Shown: in pieces, positions 7,639 to 16,913 of the stretch | Numbering within the stretch: the first letter of the stretch is position 1 | Layout of the letters: each line of letters begins with the position of its first letter | Virus record (IMG/VR): IMGVR_UViG_3300009788_001732 | Span: 9,963-73,962 of that record | Length of the DNA stretch: 64,000 nt | Source: a virus | Lineage: Duplodnaviria; Heunggongvirae; Uroviricota; Caudoviricetes | Reading direction: 5' to 3' (one strand) | Translations under genes and position numbers: made by a program | Notes under the pieces: model-generated | What the model saw: the letters and a program-made list of their open reading frames with translations, nothing else | The model's database searches: none | What the model was told of the DNA's origin: nothing

Positions 7639-10388
7639 CCGGCCATCTCTGGCGGTTGAATCTTCAGAGTTCGGCTGCCACTCTTCTTCTCGGCCCAATT
7701 CTCTTGTTCGAGATTCCACGTCATACCGATGAGTGGTACTTGATCTCTGTAACTGACAACCTCGTTCTCAACAGCCTTACTAATACGCTCGGTCATCTCT
7801 GGTGTATTTACTACCATGATTTCATCATGGATATTAAATGGGGCCACCAATAATTTGTTGACGCCCGAGGGCTGCAAGTCCCAAATTTTACGCTGAACTG
7901 CCTTTGTAATTTGGCCGCCGGGTGATTGAATTTCGTGGTTTGCTGCTGCGCGAACATTGGCGCCCTGTAATCCAAATGCTGCTCCAAACAAAGCGGATGA
8001 GACAGCACCGCCCGCTGTCTGCACACCCTTGTGCATCGACCGCATGACTTTGACTTTCAGATTATTTCCTTGCCAGGCTTTAGGTACGTTGTGTGCCAAG
8101 TCATACAAAGCCTTACACACCATGTTTTCAAGTGCAAAGGATCGTTTAAACCCTAAAAAAGATGTCACTTCGTCTTCTGGATCATTCCAGATGATTTGTT
8201 TTCCATTGATTTGCCGCATGGATTGAAACATGTCAATGATTCTTTTGCGCGCCTTGGGTATGCCGGGAAACATATCGAAGAAGTTTTGCTCGGCAGCCTT
8301 AGCTGTTTCTTCATCGAGACCTTGTTTTCGTCTCAGAGTGGTCCAGTCGCCACCGTATATCAGTGCAAATACACCAGTCTTACCGGAGGTGTACATGTCG
8401 TGGCTTGTACCGTCTGACTCAATCACTTGATCGTAAGTGGCTGGCGGAAACATAGCCATGCCAAACAGCGCGTGAATCTTCTTTCTAAACCAGCCTTTGC
8501 CACCGCAGAGGCGACATTCTCGGAGGCCGTTTGGATTGCCATCCGCGCTAGTCTGACAATACATGCAGTTGAATTTGCCGACCCCACCAGTGCCGCCGCA
8601 TTTTTCGCATTCTTTACCGTGTAAACAATCCTTGCAATCTACTTTGTTGGTGAGCGCATTAAATAGGTCTTTGTCTTTGTATACAGCAGCAGCTAGCACA
8701 ACCTCGAATGAGTCAAAGTCGCCCCCGCTCAAGACCATTCCGTCCCATTTCAAAGGGAACATCGCTCGGACAGATTTATCGTGCTTAATCCCCTGTGCAT
8801 TAAGTCCCGATCCGCCAGACATTCGTGTCGAGAGTGTTCCTATAACATTGAAATCAGGATGAAACTTCTTGGCATAGAGAAGTTTTTGGTAGAGTTCGAC
8901 CTCTTTGGCGGCTGTTTTGATATCTAAGATTTGTCGTGCTCGTTGAGCGGCGGGGTGATTTCCGACTTTGATACCACCAGACTCATCGAATTCAGTCTTT
9001 CCAGAAGCGTCAATGCGGCCTTTTCCGTCACAGCGGAGGCACTTTGTATCGTGCGCATTGCCTGTTCCACTGCACCGAGTACATTCCGTATTGTGTTCTT
9101 CTTCCGTAAAACAATCTTTTGAGATATCCTGCAATACAGCCTTCTTGGTGGATTGTTCCAATACCAATGCTTCCATTTCGTCCATGCACTCAGTTATATA
9201 CGCACGAACTTCAGAAGGTCTGTTGATGTTGATTGGAGACGCCTGTAATTTGTGCCATGCATCAGCATACAATTTTTGTATACCAGTTTCATTGATCTCA
9301 AAACCATGCCAGCGCACTGCACCAACCATGCAAGCTAGTTCGCTGTCATCATCGCCGGGTTCCGGATTGTCAAAGTAACGACACAGCGCACGAGTGTACA
9401 CAATATCATCGTAAGCGTACTCTTGCGCATTTTCATTTGTATACCAATGGTCGATGTGATGTTCCAACCAATATGGCCACGCATTGCCGCGGGCCTTTTT
9501 CTTCTTATCGTAGATTGTCCAAGAATCATCAGCTCCGCTAGGTGCCATACCAAGGGCCGTAGGAATAAAACCTAGCCGCTTGTCGGGTGGGGATTTTCTC
9601 CGATCTACTTCAACATCTTTAAAATGATACTTTGGCTGCCAACCCAATGCATATTCGGCTAAGTATTTCAAACCGCCGGCTGGATTGAATCGCAAACAAA
9701 CATCCTTGAAATAAGCGTCCATATTGCCATCGTTATCTATTCGATCAAATACTTTCCACCGTGGACCATACGGGTCTTTCGACTTCGCAAAACAAATGCC
9801 GGGGAATTCAATACGCTGCTCCAATTCACGGGCTAGCGCATATGCCAAAACAGTGGGCACACGACGAATACGGATGTCACTTCGGGACATGGCGGTCTGA
9901 AATTTGCCCTTGCGCGACCACAGCATGAGATCACACGCCCGCTTCGGTTTAATGCATGGTCCATCTTGGCCAGCGTATTCATATTTAACTGCAATCTCTT
10001 CGATATGCTCCTCGGGAATCCAATCCGATGGAAGCAACTTCCAGATTGTGTAAATCTTCGCCACATGAAAATGATCAAAGGAAAGATTGAACCCGATGTA
10101 ATCGAGTTCCATCAACATTTCAAAGAGTTCGAGCGTCTTCCAGACAGGCTCTTTCCAGATGTGGTACAAGTAAATTGGGCCATCATCAATAGCAAATTGC
10201 CATAGCACCATGATGCTGTGTAAACCACAGGTCTCAGAGTCGATGAAAACTGCTTTACCAGCATCCACTTGTCGACGAATCTCATACAGATTCAAACCGA
10301 CCTTAATCTGGTCGATCACTTTCGCGCGATTGAAGGACTCGCGCGTAAAGACGGGAGCCTCTGATTGTATTTGATCAGTATCAAACAT
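7635..10388 (-). CDS. family A DNA polymerase with 3'-5' exonuclease domain and Cys-rich insertions
   Basis: Exo I FIDSETCGL; motif A GGDFDSFEVV (D.S..E); O-helix/motif B KTGVFALIYGG; motif C NIHDEIMVV. Two insertions carry CxxCxGxG repeats (see findings). Confidence 0.9.
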   Translation of the reverse strand: MFDTDQIQSEAPVFTRESFNRAKVIDQIKVGLNLYEIRRQVDAGKAVFIDSETCGLHSIMVLWQFAIDDGPIYLYHIWKEPVWKTLELFEMLMELDYIGFNLSFDHFHVAKIYTIWKLLPSDWIPEEHIEEIAVKYEYAGQDGPCIKPKRACDLMLWSRKGKFQTAMSRSDIRIRRVPTVLAYALARELEQRIEFPGICFAKSKDPYGPRWKVFDRIDNDGNMDAYFKDVCLRFNPAGGLKYLAEYALGWQPKYHFKDVEVDRRKSPPDKRLGFIPTALGMAPSGADDSWTIYDKKKKARGNAWPYWLEHHIDHWYTNENAQEYAYDDIVYTRALCRYFDNPEPGDDDSELACMVGAVRWHGFEINETGIQKLYADAWHKLQASPININRPSEVRAYITECMDEMEALVLEQSTKKAVLQDISKDCFTEEEHNTECTRCSGTGNAHDTKCLRCDGKGRIDASGKTEFDESGGIKVGNHPAAQRARQILDIKTAAKEVELYQKLLYAKKFHPDFNVIGTLSTRMSGGSGLNAQGIKHDKSVRAMFPLKWDGMVLSGGDFDSFEVVLAAAVYKDKDLFNALTNKVDCKDCLHGKECEKCGGTGGVGKFNCMYCQTSADGNPNGLRECRLCGGKGWFRKKIHALFGMAMFPPATYDQVIESDGTSHDMYTSGKTGVFALIYGGDWTTLRRKQGLDEETAKAAEQNFFDMFPGIPKARKRIIDMFQSMRQINGKQIIWNDPEDEVTSFLGFKRSFALENMVCKALYDLAHNVPKAWQGNNLKVKVMRSMHKGVQTAGGAVSSALFGAAFGLQGANVRAAANHEIQSPGGQITKAVQRKIWDLQPSGVNKLLVAPFNIHDEIMVVNTPEMTERISKAVENEVVSYRDQVPLIGMTWNLEQENWAEKKSGSRTLKIQPPEMAG

Positions 10389-10426
10389 TCTTTTATTTTA
10401 GCAGAATCAGACTTTCTTGTCAAGCA

Positions 10427-10451
10427 TAAAAAACTCCGCACAAAGGCGGAG
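10427..10451 (-). terminator. rho-independent terminator
   Basis: On the minus strand, the stem cuccgc/gcggag with a 6-nt loop is followed by a U-run (plus-strand aaaaaactccgcacaaaggcggag). It sits between the ParB-like gene end and the polymerase gene start. Confidence 0.6.
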
Positions 10452-10478
10452 TATTCAATAAAACTACAGTATGGCGGA

Positions 10479-11456
10479 TCAGAATTTTATCTCGCTTCCG
10501 TCGCTGTCTTTGAAGCCGATGATTTTGTCCAATTTATCAACTAAGACACACCTGCTCGGATAGCCTAGTCTATTTTCCAAGAATTCAGGAGATTCGATTT
10601 CTTTCATGACCCAGGCAAGTGTGGAAGTGATAATTTTCCTATCTTCAACACTTAAACACGCCCATTCATATGACTTGTAGATGATTCCGATCGTCTTCTT
10701 GATCTCATCTTTACCACGAGGTCTATTACCCCAACGGTACCCGCGAACGCCGCAGGGCTTTTGACTGGTTCCCTTGGTGGCAATAATCACCTGGAAAACA
10801 GATTCAATCTGATTTGGAGGAAGCCCTGCCAATCTCTCTACATCATACTGGCTCAAGCCACCTTTATTCTGTGCTACAGATTTCTGGATGTACCCGGGAA
10901 GAGCAAGTAAATCGAAGCGGGATTTCACCCATCGCTTAGGCTTACCAATCATCCGTGCGATGTCTTTAATATCCTCTACTGGCCACGTGCGCTCAAGAGC
11001 TAGCGCTTCTTCAACCATATTTAAGTCTTTGCGTTGTAGATTCTCCGTGAAGTTTAACGCGCGAGATTGTTGCGGCGACAGTCCTTTCTCAACAATACAC
11101 TTGGCACGGTCCTCTGCTGTCCAATTATCAATTGCTGTGTACCGACGATTGCCAGCAATCAAACGGAAGGACCAAGCACATGGGTCAGGACGCTCATCAT
11201 TCGGCACATCTTCGATAGGCTGAATGAGGAGCGGCATTCTCTGCCCTTCGGCCGTTATACTCTGCCCAAGTTCATATACCTCCTGAGGTGCAAACTGACC
11301 CCGACAATTGAATTCAGGATCAACATAAATGTCTAATAACGGCACCCAAATGATTTCACCAGCAACTTCATACATAGCGTTATCCTTGGTGGCATCATAT
11401 ATTAGCGGGCCTGTCAGTAGGTCAGTATAGGGAGGATGCCGCAACTTCCCCAACAA
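10479..11456 (-). CDS. ParB-like nuclease-domain protein
   Basis: FRLIAGNRRYTAI matches the ParB/Srx GxRR box. Confidence 0.55.
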   Translation of the reverse strand: MLGKLRHPPYTDLLTGPLIYDATKDNAMYEVAGEIIWVPLLDIYVDPEFNCRGQFAPQEVYELGQSITAEGQRMPLLIQPIEDVPNDERPDPCAWSFRLIAGNRRYTAIDNWTAEDRAKCIVEKGLSPQQSRALNFTENLQRKDLNMVEEALALERTWPVEDIKDIARMIGKPKRWVKSRFDLLALPGYIQKSVAQNKGGLSQYDVERLAGLPPNQIESVFQVIIATKGTSQKPCGVRGYRWGNRPRGKDEIKKTIGIIYKSYEWACLSVEDRKIITSTLAWVMKEIESPEFLENRLGYPSRCVLVDKLDKIIGFKDSDGSEIKF

Positions 11457-11496
11457 CCACCGGCGGCTTCGCGGTTACCCGGCCCGCTCTAACTTG

Positions 11497-12039
11497 TCAC
11501 GTGAAGATGCTGTATCCATATTTATGTATATCTGGATAAAGCACTTCAAGTTGTTTTGCTTGCGCTACTGTCAACAGCGTGCGCCAGTCTGGCTTATTCT
11601 CAGTAACACCCACCTTATCAAGTGCGACGAACGGTATGTTGTTTATCAAGAATCTATGATTCAAATTTTGTTCTAAGTTCTCGAATGCCAAGTTGAAATT
11701 GGTCCGTTCATGGTATCGCCAAAATAATGTTTCTCTTTTCTTGTGCTTCAAACCCTTATTGAAGACCCATGTTTTGAATGTTGTGTGCTTAGAATTTCGT
11801 AGCCAACAGGTTACAAGCCAATCATAAGGGTTGCGGACGACGCGGAATTTCCAATATGTATCGAACTGTTTGGCGGTGACACATCCGCCGTCGAGCATTT
11901 GGGTCACACTAATATGATGATCGCCATTAAAGTTTTGACTCCCTTCATGTTGACTCATGAGAGCCGCTTCAATTGCTCGACCGCCAGTGTGAGGCTCATG
12001 ACAAAATATATAATGATGTTTGTGATTAACTACACTCAT
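11497..12039 (-). CDS. sulfotransferase-fold protein, paralog 1
   Basis: HEPHTGGRAI (5'-PSB-like loop) and FRVVRNPYDWLVTCW (RNPxD..VS motif of sulfotransferases). Confidence 0.5.
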   Translation of the reverse strand: MSVVNHKHHYIFCHEPHTGGRAIEAALMSQHEGSQNFNGDHHISVTQMLDGGCVTAKQFDTYWKFRVVRNPYDWLVTCWLRNSKHTTFKTWVFNKGLKHKKRETLFWRYHERTNFNLAFENLEQNLNHRFLINNIPFVALDKVGVTENKPDWRTLLTVAQAKQLEVLYPDIHKYGYSIFT

Positions 12040-12575
12040 TAGAATTCGTACCCGTGTTTCACCAATTCATCGTTGAACTTTTCCTGAATCAATTGAATAA
12101 GCCCGGGCCTATAGTAAGTTTGGTATGGGCGGGGTTTCTTTGGTCCTACTTGCTCAAGTTGAGGTTTCGGAAATCCATTGTTCACCAGTGCGTCGGTGAA
12201 ATCTTGTTCGATGCGCTCGTACCGAAGGATAACGGTGGACAATGGGGCGTACTTCCAAAACAGTTCGTAACGAGTACGATCAGGGTTTCGGCGAATCCAT
12301 TCCGATTTACGACAGAGCTTCGGTACGTAGCGATCGAACGTTTCAGGACAGTGATTAAGATACCAGAAGGAAACAAACCAATCAAAGGGATTTCTCACCG
12401 ATGACATAATTAGGTCGCCCTCCTGGACTACTGTCCTGAAGGTTGAAATATCATGGTGGCTAACGTGAATTACTGCGCCAAGCCGCTGCATTGCATTCTG
12501 GCAAGCTTTGGATGCTGTCCGAGGCATCGCAAGAAAATGCGCGCGGCGTTCGCCGAAGTAAAGTGTGTACATCAC
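12039..12575 (-). CDS. sulfotransferase-fold protein, paralog 2
   Basis: AMPRTASKA and SSVRNPFDWFVSFW. It is co-linear with paralog 1 (HHISVT/HHDIST; LFWRYHE/LFWKYAP; C-terminal KYGY/KHGYEF), and the start/stop overlap at 12039. Confidence 0.5.
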   Translation of the reverse strand: MMYTLYFGERRAHFLAMPRTASKACQNAMQRLGAVIHVSHHDISTFRTVVQEGDLIMSSVRNPFDWFVSFWYLNHCPETFDRYVPKLCRKSEWIRRNPDRTRYELFWKYAPLSTVILRYERIEQDFTDALVNNGFPKPQLEQVGPKKPRPYQTYYRPGLIQLIQEKFNDELVKHGYEF

Positions 12576-12578
12576 TCA

Positions 12579-13862
12579 TCATAACTCCACGTGATATCGT
12601 TTTGGGCCGTTCCGCTCTTCCTCATGTTTCAAATCAATTGGCAATCGCCATGTGACGCCGTTTCGATCATGTACGCCATGTATCAGTTGACAGGGAGCAC
12701 GATAACCAGAGAATGAATTGTAACTGAATGGATCATTACCAAGCCAAGCACCGTTGAGCAGCAGCTCACCATCCAAGTCAGACATGCTTCCTTGCACATG
12801 ATGGTGCCCCATACAAAAGTAACGAATCCGTGTGCCGCCAGTAATGTTATTCAGCGCCATCAAGTTCTTTTGCTTACGAATCAGACCATAGAACGGGATA
12901 CCGAGGCTACCACGAACATCGTCGCCATGACACATATGAAAACCGTGCCCACGGATATTCACATTGATTGAAAATGCATTTGGGATTGTAAACTTAACAT
13001 TATCAACGTCGCGAAGCCACAGCTCTGTGGTTTTCGCAACCATGTAATCCCAATTCTCATGGGCACCATAATGATCTTTCTTAACCGTACGTCGTCCGTG
13101 ATTTCCAGGGACATACACACAATACACATTCTCAAAATACGGAGCCAAGTCTCGAATCATCAAAGCATGAAGTTGGCCGATAGCCAAAGTATTCTTCATC
13201 TGATTTCTAAAGTAACTCCGTTTCTCGTGGCCATGAATTTCGCCACTGGTGTGGTCACCGTTGGCAAGAATCCATAGATTCTCGAATTTATAGTTAGTCA
13301 GATGTTCCTGTGAATGTTCAATTACTGTGTCAATCAATTTCTCTGCACGAGCACAAGAGATGCGAAAGTCATATTGTTCAAGTTCGCCAGTCTCTTCTAA
13401 TGTGACAATCTGATCGTGATGGCCGTCACTCAGGTGCAATACGAGGTCTTCGTTGATCGTTTGTTTTTTGCCAGGTTTTCGTGCGGGGGGCAGTTTCTTG
13501 AATGGTTGTATTTTCTCATCAATGACTTCACATGCAGCTTTCCAAAGACCGCCTTTTTTAACGGCAGCTTTGGCCACTCGTTTATAGTGATTTTTTTCAT
13601 CAACAAGATGAGCGACCTCAGCTTCCAGCTCCAAGATGTGTTTGTTTGTTGCGTCATGCTTGACTCTCTTCCTCGTTCCGCCCTCCATATTTATCCGGTG
13701 GTAACCTTTAGGCCAGGGTACATCAGTTCTTGTTCTACCATTTGCAATATCAGAAACATATCCACGACTCACGCCAAATTCTATCGCGAGTTGAGAAAGT
13801 GATTTGTCACCTTTCACGATGCGTTTCTTAAGAGTCGCAACACGCTTGTCACTTAATATCAT
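12579..13862 (-). CDS. HTH domain fused to a calcineurin-like metallophosphoesterase
   Basis: N-terminal HTH LSQLAIEFGVSRGYVSDIANG. Phosphoesterase motifs LHLSDGHHD (DxH), ILANGDH (GDxxD/H), VPGNHG (GNH), GHHH. Confidence 0.75.
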   Translation of the reverse strand: MILSDKRVATLKKRIVKGDKSLSQLAIEFGVSRGYVSDIANGRTRTDVPWPKGYHRINMEGGTRKRVKHDATNKHILELEAEVAHLVDEKNHYKRVAKAAVKKGGLWKAACEVIDEKIQPFKKLPPARKPGKKQTINEDLVLHLSDGHHDQIVTLEETGELEQYDFRISCARAEKLIDTVIEHSQEHLTNYKFENLWILANGDHTSGEIHGHEKRSYFRNQMKNTLAIGQLHALMIRDLAPYFENVYCVYVPGNHGRRTVKKDHYGAHENWDYMVAKTTELWLRDVDNVKFTIPNAFSINVNIRGHGFHMCHGDDVRGSLGIPFYGLIRKQKNLMALNNITGGTRIRYFCMGHHHVQGSMSDLDGELLLNGAWLGNDPFSYNSFSGYRAPCQLIHGVHDRNGVTWRLPIDLKHEEERNGPKRYHVEL

Positions 13863-13871
13863 ATGCGCCCT

Positions 13872-16800
13872 TTAGTCATTTAGTCCGGATAACACGCCCA
13901 GCGTCAGTAGTTCAAGTTTCCGATTTTGTCGAAGCACTTTATGAACGTTCTCGTCGCTTGGGAGATGATAAATATCGACGATTTTACAACCTTTGTTCTC
14001 GTCCATTCCCTTACGATGAATTCTGTCTTCAGCCTGTGATCTCGACTCTGGATTGAAGTCATTACTCCAAAACACTGCCATGCGTGCTTCAGTCAGATTA
14101 AGACTCAATCCGCCTGATTGTGGATGAGCCACAAACGCCACCTGTTGATGATGCTCTAAATCTGCCCAATAGTGTAGAGGTTTGTCAGTCCTAATTGATT
14201 TTCCAGTATTATCAAATACTTGCCAACCACGGCCGTCGCACTGAACCACGGCCCAACCTTCCTTTTTACAGATTTGTCGAATACGATCATTGCTTCCTTG
14301 GAAGCCAGAGAAAATTACAATCCTGCCTGTTTCTTCACACTGTGCCAACCGTGCCTTTAGTTTGGCCTCCTTCGGGCACGGGGCTTCACGTGCGATCCGC
14401 TTGTACTTGGTGGTTTGACGAGTCCCTTTACATCTCGGACACGCTATGTATTTCTCTTCCAGAATATCAACGTACTCTTGGTCAAGCATGTCAATGGCTT
14501 GAATTGGGTCACTGGGCGCAGCAGGATCAAACCATGCTTTAACTTCTCCCGGCCGCTCTGAACCTGCGCAGGTTGGACAATTTCTAAGGCCATCATGTAT
14601 ATCTTTGTATATGAATCCGTCACTAAGCTCACGGAGCCATGTGATGCCTGTCATTACATTCGGAGCGCCCTTAGCAATTGTTTTTGCAACCCTAAGCATC
14701 GAAGGTGAGGGTTCACATATGTCAATCTCGTATACTTTGTCAGGCAAATCAAGAACATCCCGCTTGTGGATAACTGTAACTAAACCCGCGAGACGTTCGT
14801 ACATGTAGGACACTTCATCACTAGACCTTTCAAAGTCATGCACGGCTTTGTCAGGGTCGTCGATGTCCCACGCATGTGCGCCTTCATCTTTCAACTTAGC
14901 ACATTTCATGCACTTGTCCGGATTGTCTTTCCAGCCAATGCGTACATTGATAACGTTGTCGGGAAGTTCTTGCCGAACCATAAAACCTAAACGGGTTTCT
15001 AATTGATCCTTTGAACCCTCTTTCAGATAGCCCGGCCATGCAATTTCACACTGTTTCCACCAATCCAAGGGAGATTTTGGACTTGGGGTACCGGACATCA
15101 GAATCACGTAGCCATTATCAGTACCATACGTAATCCGAATCAAGTCTGCCAAATCTTGCGCGGCTTTGGATCGCTTTGCAGTCGGAGACTTCAGCTTTGA
15201 CGATTCATCAAAGATCACACCGGCTGGTACAGGATCAGAATCCAATCGCATCTCCATGAATTTGACCAGGCGTTCATACGTGGTTAAATAAATATTGTGT
15301 TCATTTGCATGGACAGTCTCGACGAGCGTATTCCCATCTTTGGGCTTGATCCATGAGAGCGGAAGTTTCCACTTTTCCCACTCTCGTTCAATATTTTCAA
15401 GCGATTTCAGCGGGCCAACCCAGAACCATTGGTCACAACCAGAACGTTCCATGACGGCTTGTGCTGCCATAGTATTATGCGTGACAATAAACTCATCTGT
15501 CACATAACAATGAGAATCAGAATTTACTCTTATACAAATACATTCCTCAAAGCCAATAGATTCAACTGATACAATGGCTCGGGTCGGTTGATACTTTGTT
15601 GGTGTCGTGTAAAGATTAGCTTTTCGAGACAAGAGGAAGGGTTTTGTACGGCTCCAAAATGATCCATTTATTCTATGGCTTGGTTGACCTATTCTTGACT
15701 CACCTTTATAAGTATAAATTGGTTTCTCTTTAAGACCCCGCGAACATGTACCACCAAATGATTGGATGAGAAACACCATTGCTGAGGCGAGTTTGTCTGA
15801 TGCTGAAGAAAATTCAATCCCACAAGTATTTAATGGCGTACCATCTGAATCTAATAACCCCTGCATCAAACATAAACGATTATCAACTGTATTGAAGAGA
15901 AATTCATTAGGGACAAATTTAGTAGCGGCTCTACATTCTTTTAGACCGTATGAATCAATAGCAGCACGAGTCCGAGGGCATCGAATTATATAAGCAATGT
16001 TTTCACCTTTCTTTGTTTGAGATGTAGGAACCAGGGGTGTGTCCATAAAGAAATTCAAACGGTCTATTGTCTCCTGATCAGGTACAGCCACACTATATGC
16101 GGGCAAATGCCCATTGCCCAGAATATACCCCATAACATATGGATGACATTCTAAGGCTTGCTTATCAAAATCAACCGGTTCCACCATTGGTATGAACCAT
16201 TTATTGTTGCCATTCCTATGCTGAAGACCCTTTGCTACAAGCTCTTGTAACTTGAAGACTTTATAACCTTGTCCCCGCCATTTACGCAGTGGTGTAATTA
16301 CTCGCCAAAGATGTTCTCCATCACATTCTGTAGATGACCTATCCGTAAAAGTAACTTTGAATATTTCTCTGCGCCCCTGTGGATGCAAACTCAAAACTTT
16401 GCACTCACCACCTTCTGGATCAACAAGACGTGATCCAACTTTCAAAGCACCCATAGTTGTCCAACCAGAGGGCGTAAGAACCGGCGTGGTTAATTGTGCG
16501 GCTTTCCCAACGCCCATTTCGGCACCCCAGATTTGATAATGATAAGTCAAACCTGTGTCAGCCATTAACTTTTGATGGTCCATCAGTGGCAAATGATCAG
16601 AATATTCACGTTGAATCAATTCCCGATCGAACCATTCGTAGGGGTCGGCGCCCATCAGATATTTCAACTGAAACCAGTTGCGCTGGCAGTTATCAACCGT
16701 CCAGACCTTTCGTGGCTGCTCACGATCGTAGCCATGCCACTTGGCGCCCGTCATCGCTTTGATTTCATTTTTGAGATGAAAGGGTGATTTCTTGAATTCA

Positions 16801-16913
16801 ATCTCTGTCGGGCTTACAACTAACGTGACCGGGTTTCTAATCCGCAGTCCGCCCTTTGTCTCTGTGTAGAGAACAGTTTCAAGAATCTTCTTTTGGGTCA
16901 TACCCATAATCAA
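13872..16913 (-). CDS. SNF2-family helicase (precursor containing an intein)
   Basis: Walker A GAEMGVGK|...|TMAAQA is split by a 343-aa insertion. Downstream are DESS (motif II), zinc-ribbon-like CxxC pairs and the helicase C-domain motifs QSGGLSLNLT and SQAEDRIHRKG. Confidence 0.85.
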   Translation of the reverse strand: MIMGMTQKKILETVLYTETKGGLRIRNPVTLVVSPTEIEFKKSPFHLKNEIKAMTGAKWHGYDREQPRKVWTVDNCQRNWFQLKYLMGADPYEWFDRELIQREYSDHLPLMDHQKLMADTGLTYHYQIWGAEMGVGKAAQLTTPVLTPSGWTTMGALKVGSRLVDPEGGECKVLSLHPQGRREIFKVTFTDRSSTECDGEHLWRVITPLRKWRGQGYKVFKLQELVAKGLQHRNGNNKWFIPMVEPVDFDKQALECHPYVMGYILGNGHLPAYSVAVPDQETIDRLNFFMDTPLVPTSQTKKGENIAYIIRCPRTRAAIDSYGLKECRAATKFVPNEFLFNTVDNRLCLMQGLLDSDGTPLNTCGIEFSSASDKLASAMVFLIQSFGGTCSRGLKEKPIYTYKGESRIGQPSHRINGSFWSRTKPFLLSRKANLYTTPTKYQPTRAIVSVESIGFEECICIRVNSDSHCYVTDEFIVTHNTMAAQAVMERSGCDQWFWVGPLKSLENIEREWEKWKLPLSWIKPKDGNTLVETVHANEHNIYLTTYERLVKFMEMRLDSDPVPAGVIFDESSKLKSPTAKRSKAAQDLADLIRITYGTDNGYVILMSGTPSPKSPLDWWKQCEIAWPGYLKEGSKDQLETRLGFMVRQELPDNVINVRIGWKDNPDKCMKCAKLKDEGAHAWDIDDPDKAVHDFERSSDEVSYMYERLAGLVTVIHKRDVLDLPDKVYEIDICEPSPSMLRVAKTIAKGAPNVMTGITWLRELSDGFIYKDIHDGLRNCPTCAGSERPGEVKAWFDPAAPSDPIQAIDMLDQEYVDILEEKYIACPRCKGTRQTTKYKRIAREAPCPKEAKLKARLAQCEETGRIVIFSGFQGSNDRIRQICKKEGWAVVQCDGRGWQVFDNTGKSIRTDKPLHYWADLEHHQQVAFVAHPQSGGLSLNLTEARMAVFWSNDFNPESRSQAEDRIHRKGMDENKGCKIVDIYHLPSDENVHKVLRQNRKLELLTLGVLSGLND
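15474..16502 (-). mobile_element. intein with LAGLIDADG homing endonuclease domain inserted in the helicase P-loop
   Basis: The intein begins AAQLTTPVLTPSG (block A-like, Ala1) right after GVGK. It carries the LAGLIDADG-like motifs VMGYILGNGH and LMQGLLDSDGT and ends IVTHN, followed by Thr+1; removing it restores GxGKT. I verified the nucleotide codons at both junctions. Confidence 0.8.

Noticed and set aside
7639-7719. Long N-terminal extension of the VRR-NUC ORF into the polymerase gene.
   Set aside because: Starting at MMAKRY gives a canonical ATGA overlap with the polymerase stop. The 27-aa extension lies inside the polymerase coding region.
8563-9378. Multiple plus-strand ORFs (for example 8563..8862, 8968..9378) antisense to the DNA polymerase gene, and similar antisense ORFs across the tape measure, tail and primase genes.
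   Set aside because: They are shadow ORFs inside long, well-supported genes, with no motifs and no RBS context.
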